64,000 bases of DNA from Methanobacteriota archaeon (GCA_963787255.1 CAWBCJ010000029.1:544001-608000); one strand, 5' to 3'. Counted from the first letter of the stretch, positions 1 through 11,247 are shown. The notes: generated by a model from the letters alone, not told the origin. Numbers and translations are program-made.

Positions 1-715
1 CACGGTCTGTAGAGTCTGCTATTGCTCCAGCTCTCATGGCGTTAGCCATGGACATAACGAAATCATATTCTTTTGCGATTTCTAATATGTAATCAAAATT
101 TTTGTATAATGGGTTCTCCAAATCGTTTTCTACCATCCATGCAGATACAAGTGCTCCTCCTCTACTTACAAGTCCTCCTTCACGGCCCTGTCTTTTTAAT
201 CTTTTGAGGGTTTCCCTGTTTACACTGCAGTGAATTGCCATGAAGTCGATACCGTCTTTTGCCTGTTTTTCAATGGCTTTAAACATGACATCTTCATCCA
301 TGTAAATAGCAGCGCCCTTTTCTCTTATTGTTTCAATTGCGGCCTGATAGACTGGTACGCTTCCTACGGGAATATCTGAAATTTTTAGAATTCTTCTCCT
401 TATTTCATCAAGGTCTCCACCAACAGAAAGTTCCATTAAAGTGTCAGCCTTATATTTCATGGCCACTTTGGCCTTTTCTTCTTCCATATCGAAGTCGCAA
501 ATATCTGTAGATGTCCCGATTGTTGCGTTTACTTTAGTTCTTAGCCCTGCTCCAACACCTACAGCTTTAACTTCTCTGTTAACGTTACTGGGGATGGCTA
601 TGGTTCCCTGTGCAACAGAATTTCTGATAAATTCCTCTGATACACCTTCAGCAGCTGCAACTGCCTTCATTTCCTCTGTTATTATGCCTTTTTTTGCTTC
701 ATCCATTTGTGTCAT
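1..715 (-). CDS. thiC: Phosphomethylpyrimidine synthase ThiC (5' part; runs off window start)
   Basis: Manual translation from ATG at 715: [20 protein letters not shown]...[13 protein letters not shown]...[12 protein letters not shown]...GIDFMAIHC...GGLVSRGG...[13 protein letters not shown]; GGTGA RBS upstream. Not in the ORF track. Confidence 0.93.
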   Translation of the reverse strand, partial: MTQMDEAKKGIITEEMKAVAAAEGVSEEFIRNSVAQGTIAIPSNVNREVKAVGVGAGLRTKVNATIGTSTDICDFDMEEEKAKVAMKYKADTLMELSVGGDLDEIRRRILKISDIPVGSVPVYQAAIETIREKGAAIYMDEDVMFKAIEKQAKDGIDFMAIHCSVNRETLKRLKRQGREGGLVSRGGALVSAWMVENDLENPLYKNFDYILEIAKEYDFVMSMANAMRAGAIADSTDR

Positions 716-1037
716 AGAATCACCATGCTAATTTAGGATATTCTAAACTTTGTTTATACTATATAAAAATTATAGCAATTGTTATGTTCTTGTAAAATAC
801 TATCTATACCGAACATTATAAGGGTTTTTAATTTGGATATTAATTAAGTTTATGCTTTATTTTTTGTCTAAAATATTACTATTATTATTTAAAATAAACT
901 TAATCTTAATTTAGGTATATTCCTTTATTTTTTCCAGTTTTTAGATAAATAAAGATTGTTCTTTTAATTGATATTATTTCTGTGTATCTTAAAAAGTAAC
1001 AATTAAAAATAAAAGATTTTGAATTTTAATGTAATTA

Positions 1038-1499
1038 CTATCTTTTTTGAACGGATCCTATTAATGTTCCGTCTATTATGCAGTTAAAATCTACTTTATC
1101 AAGCCAGCCAGCTTCTTTAAACATGCCCATGTAAGATAAGCCAATAAGTTTACCATCTTTTTTAAGTACCTTATCAACCATTTCATTAATTTCTTCAATT
1201 TTCACATTAGCTTTAGGCATTGTTAATCCTCCAAGAAGCGCTAAAACATCCGCCTGAGGAGTTGCTGGTTCAGATAACTGCATTCCTTGAGGAGTGAGTT
1301 CAATTTTCTTAGCACTCTTAATATCAGTTAATGTAATGAAAACAGATTCTTTATCTCTTACAACATAAGCAAAAAGCTCTGCAAAGGGAGTACAAACTCC
1401 TGGAACTCCTGCAAATGCTATCTTTTTTGCATCAGCAACTTCTTGTTTAAATGCCATAAGATTACCATTTATTCCTCTAAATTCGTTTACTATTTCCAT
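1038..1499 (-). CDS. DUF2124-family methanogen-conserved protein
   Basis: 153 aa ORF with G.PGVCTPFAELFAYVVR and LLGGL.MPK motifs typical of this family. Confidence 0.7.
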   Translation of the reverse strand: MEIVNEFRGINGNLMAFKQEVADAKKIAFAGVPGVCTPFAELFAYVVRDKESVFITLTDIKSAKKIELTPQGMQLSEPATPQADVLALLGGLTMPKANVKIEEINEMVDKVLKKDGKLIGLSYMGMFKEAGWLDKVDFNCIIDGTLIGSVQKR

Positions 1500-1710
1500 A
1501 ATATTGGCTCCAATAATTATTTTTTACATTAATTTAATAAATATTCCTTCTTTTTAACATTAAATCCATTCAATTAAAAAGTATAGTATAATACTCAAAA
1601 TTATTCTTCTTGATTTTTTTTTAGATAAAAATGTTAAATTATCAATACATTCAATTTAACTTAAAATATAATATCAATATATTCTTTGAGAGTAATATGG
1701 GTAGAAAATT

Positions 1711-2550
1711 ATGAAAGTAAAAGTACTGTTGGAGAATACAAAGCTTAATGATTCCAACTTATGCATTGAACATGGCCTCTCATTACTCATTGAAAAAGAT
1801 AATAAAAGAGTTCTTTTTGATACTGGAGGGCCAAAAGGTTGTGCAATTCAGAATGCTTCCATTTTAGAGGAAGATCTATCTAAAATAGATGCTGTAGTTA
1901 TATCACATGGACACAATGATCATACCGGCGGACTTCTGGATTTCTTTAAATTGAATGATAATGCATTGGTATATCTTAAAAAAGAAGCTTTAAATCCTTA
2001 TTACTCCGAAAAAACATCTAATAAAAAATTTATAGGTACAGATGGTAGAATAGCTGAAAATCACTTTGATAGGTTAAAATTTGTTAACGCCACGTTAGAA
2101 ATTATTCCAGGTATTTTCGTAGTTCCAAATATCTATAAAAAGTTCTCCATCCCTTCAAGCAATAGCAATCTTTTAATGAAGAATGATTATGGCATTTTAG
2201 AGGATACATTTAGTCACGAACTTTTCATGATAATCAAAGAAGACAAATTAACATTATTTTCTGGTTGTGCTCATAATGGCATTAAAAACATTATTAGTAC
2301 AACTAAAGATATATTTCAAGGAATAAAGATAAAAACAATCATTGGAGGATTCCATCTCCAAGCAGGCAAATCCAAATCATTACAAGCCAAAGATGAAGAA
2401 ATTTATAGTATTGCACAATGTTTAATGGACGAAAATATTGAAAAAATATATACCGGACACTGTACGGGAATTAAAGGTTTTAATGTCATGAAATCTGTTT
2501 TAAAAGATAAGATTGAGAGAATTTATAGTGGTAAGGAGATTTTTTTGTAA
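1711..2550 (+). CDS. MBL-fold metallo-hydrolase
   Basis: EHGLS, LFDTG, SHGHNDHTGG, GCAH, GGFHL, GHCTG motifs. Confidence 0.9.
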   Translation: MKVKVLLENTKLNDSNLCIEHGLSLLIEKDNKRVLFDTGGPKGCAIQNASILEEDLSKIDAVVISHGHNDHTGGLLDFFKLNDNALVYLKKEALNPYYSEKTSNKKFIGTDGRIAENHFDRLKFVNATLEIIPGIFVVPNIYKKFSIPSSNSNLLMKNDYGILEDTFSHELFMIIKEDKLTLFSGCAHNGIKNIISTTKDIFQGIKIKTIIGGFHLQAGKSKSLQAKDEEIYSIAQCLMDENIEKIYTGHCTGIKGFNVMKSVLKDKIERIYSGKEIFL

Positions 2551-2605
2551 TTTATAAAAAAAAATCTATAAAAAAGAAATAGGAGTAAATAAGCATTATT
2601 TTAAA

Positions 2606-2695
2606 CTAATTTTTCTTTAATGGATCACTAATTAGTGCATAGAAAATAGAACCAATAGCCAACACTGCTATAGCAATTTTATACGTTTCTAACAT
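2606..2695 (-). CDS. Putative 29-aa single-TM microprotein
   Basis: MLETYKIAIAVLAIGSIFYALISDPLKKN*, with an RBS-like GAGTGTGA upstream and a hydrophobic core followed by a basic tail. Confidence 0.45.
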   Translation of the reverse strand: MLETYKIAIAVLAIGSIFYALISDPLKKN

Positions 2696-2780
2696 TTTTA
2701 TCACACTCTTAAATTATTTTATCTGTTAATATGGGGCTAAAAGTCCAGAGTAAATCTAAAACATAAAAATAAAGAATATA

Positions 2781-4388
2781 TTATTCTTTTTTAAACATCT
2801 TTTTTTTCTCTTTGGGTGTTAAATCTTCCACAATATCTCTGGGTAATCCTGTTTTAAGGATTTTACCTCCACGCATAAGGGAAGCATGATCACAAACATC
2901 CATTACAAATTCCATATCATGAGATATTATCAAAAAAGTCTGTTTGAGCTCTTCACGTGCTTTTCTTATTGAATCTGTTACCTGAACTCTTGTTATGGGA
3001 TCCATTGTACCTGTTGGCTCATCAAGAATCACTACATTAGGTTCTTTAATTAAAACTTGGGCTAATGCCACCCTGTGACGTTCTCCACCGCTTAATTCAT
3101 CAGGATATTTGCCTAATAAACTTAAAGTGTATTTTTCATCAAATCCAACAGCTTTGAGCACATATATTGATTTCATTTTTGCAAATTCTGCAGGTAATTC
3201 TAAACTGATTGCTTCAGTAAGATTTCCTAAAACGTTTCTATGCGGATAAAGACTGTATTCCTGGTGAAGAATACCTAAATATGGTTTTACTCTTCCTCTA
3301 AATAATGGACCGGATTTAGTCATATCAATCCATTCATCTCCAAGTTTCATATCTACTATTCCGTTACTTGGCTCTGTTAGTCCATAAAGTATCCTTGAAA
3401 GTGTTGTTTTACCTGCACCGCTTAAACCAACTATTCCAAAGATTTCTCCTTCATTTACAGTAAGATTTACTCCATCCACTGCCTTAACTACTCCTCTTTC
3501 GATAGAATAATAGTGCTTTTTAACATTTTCAAGGTTGATTATAGGATTATTAGTTACTGTTGTTTCCCGTTTCTCGGGTAATGGAACGCTATCCATGAAT
3601 TTTTTGACAACTGTCTCAGGATCTCCTTCATGGATTATTTCTCCCTTTTCAAGCCATATAACATAATCAGACAGCTTTCTCATGACTTCTGGCCAGTGAG
3701 AAGTTATAACCATTGTAGTACCCTTGTTTTTGACACCTTCAAGTAAAGCTTGGTGTAATAGCTCGGCTGTTTGTGGATCTAAAGTACCTGTAGGTTCATC
3801 TGCAAGAAATACCATAGGTTCTTTACCCATTTGCCTTGCAAGCACTACTCTCTGCTTTTCACCACCACTTAAATCTCTTGCAATATGAGTTATCCTGTGG
3901 GTCATTTGGGCCATTTCAATAAGATCTATAGCCATATAAGTGCTTTCTTCATCATCATGACCTTCAATAGATTTTATAACATTATCTATAACTGTATCGT
4001 CTTCATAGAGAGCAAAAGTTCTCTGTAACATTATAGATATTCGGCGTCTTATGGCAGCAAAAACCCGTCTATCACAATTCCAGAAATCTACACTTCTAGC
4101 TTCAAACTGTCCCCCGCATTTACAGGTTTCTTTTACCATTGATTGTGGCTCTACTCTCAAGCATTCTGGACATATTGCAATATTGTAAATTATCTGGCCT
4201 TCATCCGGCTTATATTCCTTCATTCCACGAAGCATGTTTATCAAAACAGACTTTCCTGAACCACTTTTTCCAAGGATACCTAAAACTGTTCCCTCATTTA
4301 CGGTCATGTTTACATTTTTTAAGACTTCTTCATCTTTGAAACTTTTTGTAACATTTTTTATTTCTATAAAAGACATGAAAATCACCAA
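2781..4388 (-). CDS. atwA: Methyl-coenzyme M reductase system component A2 (double ABC ATPase)
   Basis: Two Walker A motifs ([16 protein letters not shown]), two LSGGE signatures, CPEC..CKCG Zn insert, no TM segments. Likely start 4376. Confidence 0.92.
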   Translation of the reverse strand: MVIFMSFIEIKNVTKSFKDEEVLKNVNMTVNEGTVLGILGKSGSGKSVLINMLRGMKEYKPDEGQIIYNIAICPECLRVEPQSMVKETCKCGGQFEARSVDFWNCDRRVFAAIRRRISIMLQRTFALYEDDTVIDNVIKSIEGHDDEESTYMAIDLIEMAQMTHRITHIARDLSGGEKQRVVLARQMGKEPMVFLADEPTGTLDPQTAELLHQALLEGVKNKGTTMVITSHWPEVMRKLSDYVIWLEKGEIIHEGDPETVVKKFMDSVPLPEKRETTVTNNPIINLENVKKHYYSIERGVVKAVDGVNLTVNEGEIFGIVGLSGAGKTTLSRILYGLTEPSNGIVDMKLGDEWIDMTKSGPLFRGRVKPYLGILHQEYSLYPHRNVLGNLTEAISLELPAEFAKMKSIYVLKAVGFDEKYTLSLLGKYPDELSGGERHRVALAQVLIKEPNVVILDEPTGTMDPITRVQVTDSIRKAREELKQTFLIISHDMEFVMDVCDHASLMRGGKILKTGLPRDIVEDLTPKEKKKMFKKE

Positions 4389-4394
4389 TTATTA

Positions 4395-4985
4395 TTAATT
4401 CGCACCACAAAGTGGTGTTTCACATTTGGGACATATAGTATTTTTACAAGGAACTGCGCGTGTTTTTGGAGACTGATATCCACATTTTGGACATTTACAA
4501 ACCCGTGGAGGGCCCACACCCATTCCTTGACCTCCAAAAGATCTTCTTTGGACCAATGCATCATCTGTCTCTTTGAGCTCTTCATTTTCTATAACAATAT
4601 CTATGTTTCCTGAGCCACATTCCGGGCACTCTTCGTACTCTTTTTTAGGGTTACTCCATTTAAACCCACAAATGTTACATTCGTACTTTTTCTTGTCAGT
4701 TATGTGCTCTCCCCCTACTATTATTATTGCATTTCCCTCAATTAAGGCCTTAGATATCTTTTTCCTGGCAGAAGTTAAAATTCGGTGAAATGTAGGCTGT
4801 GAAACTTCCATTATCTCGGCTGATTTTTTTTGTTGAAGGTCATGATAATCTTTGAGTCTTATTGCTTCAAATTCATCTATTGTAATCTCAATAGGTTCAA
4901 GAGAATCTAAATTCTCTTTTTCTGGTTTGAAACAACGTATTTGTGGTTCTTCTGATATCTTTCTAAATATTCGAGGCCTTGACAT
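4395..4985 (-). CDS. DUF134 HTH protein with two C-terminal Cys-rich zinc-ribbon modules
   Basis: MSRPR...EFEAIRLKD..LQQKKSAEIMEVSQPTFHRIL..AR.KISKALIEG (DUF134), then CxxC..CPxCGS and GxGxGP-CxCPxCG..CPxC. True start probably ATG 4985. Confidence 0.85.
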   Translation of the reverse strand: MSRPRIFRKISEEPQIRCFKPEKENLDSLEPIEITIDEFEAIRLKDYHDLQQKKSAEIMEVSQPTFHRILTSARKKISKALIEGNAIIIVGGEHITDKKKYECNICGFKWSNPKKEYEECPECGSGNIDIVIENEELKETDDALVQRRSFGGQGMGVGPPRVCKCPKCGYQSPKTRAVPCKNTICPKCETPLCGAN

Positions 4986-4989
4986 AAAC

Positions 4990-5001
4990 GAATATATATT
5001 C
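4990..5001. promoter_or_regulatory. Palindromic operator GAATATATATTC (copy 1, before DUF134 gene)
   Basis: Perfect 12-bp palindrome between a minus-strand TATA-like element (~5011-5017) and the ATG at 4985; identical copy at 5516-5527. Confidence 0.6.
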
Positions 5002-5039
5002 AAAACTAAAATATAAGTTTTTTTATTTATGAAAAATTT

Positions 5040-5432
5040 TTATAATGGAAATCCGCCGGATAAAGAAGTTATTTCTTCTAATTTACCCTCTCTAAAACGT
5101 TCCAAATTTTTCTTCACACTTCCTGAAGTAATTTTAAAAACTTTTATACCTGTATTTTTTAATATATGGAACGCAACTGGACCCAATTTCCCTGAAATTA
5201 AAATTTCAATTTCATGATCAACTATAAACTGTGCTGCAGTGTTTCCTGACCCTGTTTCATTTTTTGCAGGATTTTCAATTGCAGATAAGTCTTTAATTGC
5301 ACCATTTATTAAATCTACAATTATAAAAGCAGAGCTTCTTCCAAATATGGGACTTACTGCAGATTCTAAATTATTTCCTGTTGATGCAACAGCTATTTTC
5401 ATATTATATATCCCCTTTTTATCTAATTCCAT
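5040..5432 (-). CDS. NifB/NifX-family (iron-molybdenum cofactor-binding fold) protein
   Basis: MKIAVAS..VSPIFGRS..F.IVD..ENPA..G..AAQF..ISGKLGP.A; likely start 5402. Confidence 0.85.
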   Translation of the reverse strand: MELDKKGIYNMKIAVASTGNNLESAVSPIFGRSSAFIIVDLINGAIKDLSAIENPAKNETGSGNTAAQFIVDHEIEILISGKLGPVAFHILKNTGIKVFKITSGSVKKNLERFREGKLEEITSLSGGFPL

Positions 5433-5514
5433 AGATATGTCGTTATTCCAAACTGCTTAATCATTTTTTAATGCTTGAGGAGGTTATACTAGCAATATTA
5501 TATTCATGGTATTA

Positions 5515-5528
5515 TGAATATATATTCA
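5515..5528. promoter_or_regulatory. Palindromic operator TGAATATATATTCA (copy 2, upstream of NifX-like gene)
   Basis: Perfect 14-bp palindrome just downstream of a minus-strand TTTATA (~5539-5544). Confidence 0.6.
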
Positions 5529-5704
5529 AAATTATAATATAAAGTTTTTGAATTTTCAAAAAAAATGATTCAACAAATTAATTCTAATACTAAAACTATA
5601 AGGATTAACAAAAAAATTTAATTTATAAAATTAATCAAGTAAATATGGCTTATTTAGGATAACAAATAGATTTAATAGTTTATTCAATAATTTATCAATT
5701 AAAT

Positions 5705-6631
5705 TTATACGTCCCATTTTTCCCGCATTCTCTCCACAGCCATTTCATAGTTTGGAATGTTAGTCTGACATCCCTCGGCCTCAACAACAAAAGAAGCCAC
5801 AGATGAAGCGAACTTTGCACAGTATTCAAGGTTACTGCCTTTTAAATAAGCATTTAAAAATGCTGCACGGTAAGAATCTCCAGCACCTGTTGGATTTACA
5901 GGTTCTCGCACGACTGCATCAACTTTTATTTTTTCATCAGCATAAACCATGCTGCCTTCCTTACCGTAGGTTTTAACCACAATTTCAGGGCCTATTTCTT
6001 TTAATTCCCAGATATTTACATTCAATATTTCTAATATTCTGTCAATCTCATAATGGTTCCCAAATAGTATGTTAGAAACGCTAATTACACCTTTAAGCTC
6101 TTCTGGAGAATACATGTGAAGATCTTGACCAGGATCAAAGGATATCATCTTTTCATGTTCAGATGCAAGTTCACCGGATCTCCTATTGAAATTGGGATCA
6201 CCTGTTGCCAAATGAACTGCATTTGCTTTTTTAATGGCTTTTTGTGGTGCTTCTGATTTTTTGAAATAGGCAGCTGCTCCCCAGTAGAAATAACTTATCT
6301 GGTCATTATTGGTATCTGTAAAAACCCATGCCATGGGAGATTTTTCATTTTCAATGACAATCATATTTTCAGTGTCTATTCCCATTTCTTTAAGCTTAGC
6401 GTGATAATTAGAACCCTTAAATTCGGGCCCTACAGCCGATACAAGAGCAGTTTTAAGTCCTAAACTTGCACCTACCATTGAAACATTTGCTGCAGCTCCT
6501 CCATCAAAATTTTTTATTTGTTTTATAAGTGTGGAGGAATTAGGGGCAGGGAACTCCTTAACAAGGACTATAGAATCGAAAGCAGTGTGTCCAATGGCCA
6601 GTAAATCTGTTTTTTTTATCAGAAATATCAC
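5705..6631 (-). CDS. PfkB-family carbohydrate/nucleoside kinase
   Basis: [24 protein letters not shown] motifs. Confidence 0.9.
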   Translation of the reverse strand: MIFLIKKTDLLAIGHTAFDSIVLVKEFPAPNSSTLIKQIKNFDGGAAANVSMVGASLGLKTALVSAVGPEFKGSNYHAKLKEMGIDTENMIVIENEKSPMAWVFTDTNNDQISYFYWGAAAYFKKSEAPQKAIKKANAVHLATGDPNFNRRSGELASEHEKMISFDPGQDLHMYSPEELKGVISVSNILFGNHYEIDRILEILNVNIWELKEIGPEIVVKTYGKEGSMVYADEKIKVDAVVREPVNPTGAGDSYRAAFLNAYLKGSNLEYCAKFASSVASFVVEAEGCQTNIPNYEMAVERMREKWDV

Positions 6632-6971
6632 CTTTTGCTAATTTGTATTTAATTTATATGAATAATGTAACTACTATTGATTTCATTTTTTAGACTTTTA
6701 GGATTTTATTTTACAACTATTTAAAATTTTTCGAAGTTATATGGCTTTATAAAGGTTTTTAATGTTTTATTAGTTTGGAACAAATTAAGAAGAAAGAGGC
6801 TAATGAATAAATTAACTTTTATTATCACTTTAACTATATATCTACTTTTTATTTTAGATTTAAGCATATTATAAACAATTTAATGGATCATTAACTGAAA
6901 AATCAGCATTTTTAAGTTAAATTATCTCCATATTGTCATTAATTTATTTTTTTGATCATAGTTATAAGATT

Positions 6972-7199
6972 ATGTCCAGGAGTATTAAATGAAAAAGAAC
7001 TAAAAAATCGCGAAATAATGCATTTACCCTCAAAATTAGGAAAAGCAATAATTGAACTTGAAAAAAGACAACATGATATTGGAAGCAATGGGAAATAATC
7101 TTTCAAGGGCATATAATTGCAGTAAAAAAAGCAGAATTAGATGCATTGGAGCATCTTCCCTTGGATGAAGAAGTTAAACTCCTTCTGGACAAATATTAA
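6972..7199 (+). pseudogene. Fragment resembling the C-terminal tail of a glutamine synthetase-family protein
   Basis: Joining frames gives LNEKELKNREIMHLPSKLGKAIIELEKDNMILEAMGNNLSRAYIAVKKAELDALEHLPLDEEVKLLLDKY*, which aligns by eye with the glnA tail in this window ([23 protein letters not shown]...). Confidence 0.55.
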
Positions 7200-7208
7200 A
7201 AATCGCCT

Positions 7209-8127
7209 TTATTTTGATTCCTTTTCCCCTAAAACATCGCTGGGTTTACTAACTCTAACTGGTTCAATTTCAACCTCTTTTGGAGGTTGTAATTTCTTAA
7301 TATCTTCACTTAGCTCATCTATACCTTCAGGAACCCGATTAAATAGTTTATTGAATAATCCAAGGTTTTTTAAAGTGTTTATTGCTTCCAGGGACATTAA
7401 AAGATAATGATCCAACTTCCTTGTTTTTGCCTCTAATTCAATTATATTTTCGTCCTTTTTATTAGCAACTTCTTGAAGATGTCTGTAATTATTTATAAGT
7501 TTATTATATTCCCTTTGAATGTTTTGGAGTCTGTTAAGTTCTATTTTGTGCTCTTCTATTTCTTTTTCCTGGTTTGATTTAATTTTTAGAATGTTTCCAT
7601 AGGTGCGTTTTATTTTTTCCAGTTCTTCTTCTTTGGTTTTAATATCATTTTTAAGCCCTAAAGTTCCAACCTTGTATATTTCCACCTGCTTTTTGAGGTT
7701 TCCTTCTTCTTCAAGCTTACTTAGGAGGGACGCATTTTCGTTTTCAAGCTTCTTTTTTATTTCCTCAATTTCAGATTCCTTAATTTCTAGAAGTTGCTTT
7801 AATTCATCTGATTCACTTCATATATTTGTTTTCAAAGTCATTTAGTTTAGATTTATAGCTTTCTTCTATTTCTTCATTTTTTGAGATTGCTTTTTGAATT
7901 TCCAGGTCCTTTTCCTGTATTTTAAGGTCTTTTAATCGGATTTCCAAATTTCCGGATTCTAATTTTGCCATAAGTACTTTTGATTTCTGCAGTTTGTTTT
8001 CATATTCTCTTTTACTCACTATAACTACTTCTTCTATGGTTTCAAGATTATTTGCCTTTAATTCGTCTTCTTCTATCTCAACAACGTACTTATTGTATCT
8101 TTTGATTTTCTTTTTTAAGACACCCAT
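7209..8127 (-). CDS. Coiled-coil hypothetical protein, split by an apparent frameshift near 7813
   Basis: ORFs 7813..8127 and 7209..7685 are both K/E-rich heptads, and the sequence between them is open in the downstream frame (LKQLLEIKESEIEEIKKKLENE...). Confidence 0.65.
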
Positions 8128-8221
8128 GGAAACCCCTCATTTTTTTTAACAAAAATCTATTTTTTCTATAACTTTTTCATAATTTTAAAATTTATCGGTG
8201 AATTATAATTGTAGAAAAATA

Positions 8222-9100
8222 TTACCTTATTCTTTCAAATCCACATTTTTCCACTATTTTTTGCCCTTTAAAAGTTAAAATGAAATTTAAAAAATCATTT
8301 ATTCTCTCATCTTCCTTATTACATGCAACAAAGCTTATAATATGCCGTGTTTCATCTTTTAAAAGATTTGAACCTTCTTCTAGACTATGGCTTATGAATG
8401 TATAAGAATCAGGAGTATTTTTTATAAATTTCAGGGTATCGTAGGGTGATTTAAACCCAGTTTTTAATTTGTATGGAATTCCTCTATCGTCTAGAGTATT
8501 CCAGGCAAGTCTTTGGGGTGAATCTTCTATCTCAATAAAAACTTTATCTTTCAAGTCATTTATGCTGCTTATTTGCGTATTTTTGCCGGATATAAGCACC
8601 ATATAGTCATATGCTATTGGAGTAAAGTCTAAATCATTGATTAAAACATGAACTGGATCGTCAAGTGCTAATATATCCACCATATCAAGATCTGCAAGAT
8701 AAAGCGCGTTTTTATCTCCTGATTTATAAACCGCAGCTTCAAGTCCGTATTCAATTGATAAAATTTCCATTAGTCTTGAAGACGCGTATCCACCGCATAT
8801 TATAATCTTTTCATGCTTTTTAAGTCTTGTTGCATATTTTTCATATTTTTTTAGAATTTTTTGTGCATCTTCAGTTAGTATAGAGCCGGCACCAGTGCTA
8901 AAGACGAGTTTAAATCCTAATTTTTCTTCGGCGTGCTTTATACGTCGGTTTAAAACCGCATGGGATATGCCAATATTTTCAGCTGCTTTACGCTGAGAAT
9001 AAGTCTTTGAAACCACTTTGAGAGCTTCAAAAAGCCTGTAACTGTAAGTATTTCCATCTATAATAATGCTTACTTTAGGTTTATATTCCATTAAAACCAC
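8222..9100 (-). CDS. LysR/ModE-like HTH regulator with C-terminal periplasmic-binding-protein fold
   Basis: SQRKAAENIGISHAVLNRRIK.AEEKLG.KLV...G.GS.LT HTH; C-terminal F.NFI...GQKIV...GF end typical of ModA-like domains. Confidence 0.8.
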   Translation of the reverse strand: MVLMEYKPKVSIIIDGNTYSYRLFEALKVVSKTYSQRKAAENIGISHAVLNRRIKHAEEKLGFKLVFSTGAGSILTEDAQKILKKYEKYATRLKKHEKIIICGGYASSRLMEILSIEYGLEAAVYKSGDKNALYLADLDMVDILALDDPVHVLINDLDFTPIAYDYMVLISGKNTQISSINDLKDKVFIEIEDSPQRLAWNTLDDRGIPYKLKTGFKSPYDTLKFIKNTPDSYTFISHSLEEGSNLLKDETRHIISFVACNKEDERINDFLNFILTFKGQKIVEKCGFERIR

Positions 9101-9238
9101 TTTGTGAAATGTTTTTCCTTATTTTTAATGTAGTAATTCTATTTACTATATAGGTTGATTATAACCAAAGTCAGTATTTATATGTGGATATACTATAGGA
9201 ATATTAAGAAAACATAATTCTGCAACCGGTGAGAAAAA

Positions 9239-9823
9239 ATGATTATAAACGAAGCCATAGACGAAATAATAACCAATGTAAAAGAAGTATCGGCTGAAGT
9301 AGACAGCGAACGCATCAATCAAATGCTTGAAATGTTAATTTCTGCAAACAACGTTTTTATAATTGGTCTTGGAAGATCAGGGCTGGTTGCAAGGGCTTTT
9401 GCCATGAGATTAATGCACCTTGGAATAAGCGTTTATGTGGTTGGAGAAACCATAACTCCTGCTATTAACTCTGATGATTGTTTGCTTGCAATCTCTGGGT
9501 CCGGAGAAACCAGCTTTATCATCAGCACTGCTAAAATAAGCAAGAAAAGAAATGCAAAAATAATTGCAGTAACTTCATACGAGGATTCTACCCTTGGAAA
9601 TCTTTCTGATCTTATTATACATGTTAAAGGCCGAACTAAAATTGATTCTGAAAAGGATTACATTAAACGCCAGATAAATGGAAAACATCAGCCTTTAGCA
9701 CCTCTGGGAACATTGTTTGAAGTTTCAACCCTCATATTCCTTGAAGGGGTTATTGCAGAGCTTATGAATAAAATGGGTAAAACTGAGGACGATTTAAAGG
9801 CGAGGCATACGGTTTTGGAATAA
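9239..9823 (+). CDS. hxlB: 6-phospho-3-hexuloisomerase
   Basis: [47 protein letters not shown]. Confidence 0.93.
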   Translation: MIINEAIDEIITNVKEVSAEVDSERINQMLEMLISANNVFIIGLGRSGLVARAFAMRLMHLGISVYVVGETITPAINSDDCLLAISGSGETSFIISTAKISKKRNAKIIAVTSYEDSTLGNLSDLIIHVKGRTKIDSEKDYIKRQINGKHQPLAPLGTLFEVSTLIFLEGVIAELMNKMGKTEDDLKARHTVLE

Positions 9824-9848
9824 TATTTTTTAGCTGGAGATCAAAGAT

Positions 9849-10430
9849 ATGCATATTAACTGGTTATACAAAAACTGGGCCAAAATATGCATTATTTTAT
9901 CAATAATAGTTACAATATTCATTTTTTCAGTGATAAAAACAGATAATATGGTCCTGTTTTTAATATGGATTCAAATACCAATTTATTTACTTCACCAGTT
10001 TGAAGAACATGCATGGCCCGGTGGATTCAGAAAATATGTAAATTTAAAAATATTCAACATAAAAAGCGGAGAATATCCATTAAACGATATAAATGTTTTC
10101 TGGATTAATATACCCGTTATTTGGGTATTAATGCCAATATTCGCTGCTTTATCTTATGTAAATTTGTTTTTTGGTTTATGGATCCCTTATTTTGCTGTTT
10201 TAAACAGTCTGACTCATGTTATTGCAGCAATCGTAAAACAGGAATATAATCCTGGTCTTTTTATTAGTCTTATATTGGGAATTCCAGTAGGTTTATATGC
10301 TTTATGGATGTTTTATGCTTTAATAAGCGTACCTATTGTTGTTACAGCTATATCAATACTGGTGGCAGTTTTAATGCATCTATTTTTAATTATTTTTATT
10401 AGAAAAAGATATAATGAATTTAAAACTTAA
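9849..10430 (+). CDS. HXXEE-domain membrane protein
   Basis: LLHQFEEH.WPGGF and YNPGL motifs, multiple TM segments. Confidence 0.85.
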   Translation: MHINWLYKNWAKICIILSIIVTIFIFSVIKTDNMVLFLIWIQIPIYLLHQFEEHAWPGGFRKYVNLKIFNIKSGEYPLNDINVFWINIPVIWVLMPIFAALSYVNLFFGLWIPYFAVLNSLTHVIAAIVKQEYNPGLFISLILGIPVGLYALWMFYALISVPIVVTAISILVAVLMHLFLIIFIRKRYNEFKT

Positions 10431-10477
10431 ACTAAATATAATTTAAGATATTTCAAATAAAAGGGGAAATATTTTCT

Positions 10478-11203
10478 ATGTCCACAAAGGGAAAAATAGT
10501 TTTAATAATTCTAATTATATTACTTGCAGCGACTATTGCTTACTTAATTTGGCCAAAATCTGGCGAAACTCAGCAAATGATAGTTACAGGTACTGTTGAT
10601 CTCCCGGAACCTCAAATAACAGGCACTATGTCTGTAGAGCAGGCAATACATGATAGAAGATCTGTTAGAAGATATACTAACGAATCTTTAACTTTACAAG
10701 ACGTTTCGCAGCTTATGTGGGCTGCACAGGGAATTACAAACCAAACAACGAAATTTAGAACTGCACCATCAGCGGGGCACACTTTTCCTCTTGAAGTATA
10801 CATTTTAATAGGTAAAGGTAGTGTAAATGGATTAAATGAAGGAGTATACCATTACAATCCTTTCAATAACACATTGGAACAGATTTTTGGTAGTGATGTG
10901 CGTTCTGAGTTATCACAAGCTGCAAATGGACAACCGTGGGTAAAGGAAGCTCCTGTAAGCATTATAATTACTGGAAATTATCAGAAAATGATAGATAAAT
11001 ATAAGGACGAAAAGTTGAGCACTCGTTTTGTAGATATGGAAGCGGGACACGCCGGGCAGAACATATATCTTGAATCAGAGGCCAGAAATCTGGCAACAGT
11101 GGCTTTAGGTTCCTTTAAAGATGATCAGGTTCATCAGATACTTAGAATACCAGGTAATGAAAAAACGCTTTATATATACCCTGTAGGTCATTCAGGACTT
11201 TAA
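10478..11203 (+). CDS. SagB/ThcOx-type nitroreductase-family protein with N-terminal membrane anchor
   Basis: RRSVRRY, QLMWAAQG, RTAPSAG..PLE, MEAGHAGQNIYL. Confidence 0.88.
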   Translation: MSTKGKIVLIILIILLAATIAYLIWPKSGETQQMIVTGTVDLPEPQITGTMSVEQAIHDRRSVRRYTNESLTLQDVSQLMWAAQGITNQTTKFRTAPSAGHTFPLEVYILIGKGSVNGLNEGVYHYNPFNNTLEQIFGSDVRSELSQAANGQPWVKEAPVSIIITGNYQKMIDKYKDEKLSTRFVDMEAGHAGQNIYLESEARNLATVALGSFKDDQVHQILRIPGNEKTLYIYPVGHSGL

Positions 11204-11247
11204 AACTATTTTTTTTATTAAAAACTCTAAAATTATATAAATATGGA

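Noticed and set aside
328-731. + strand ORFs 328..510 and 441..731
   Set aside because: Antisense shadows of thiC, which is clearly encoded on the minus strand
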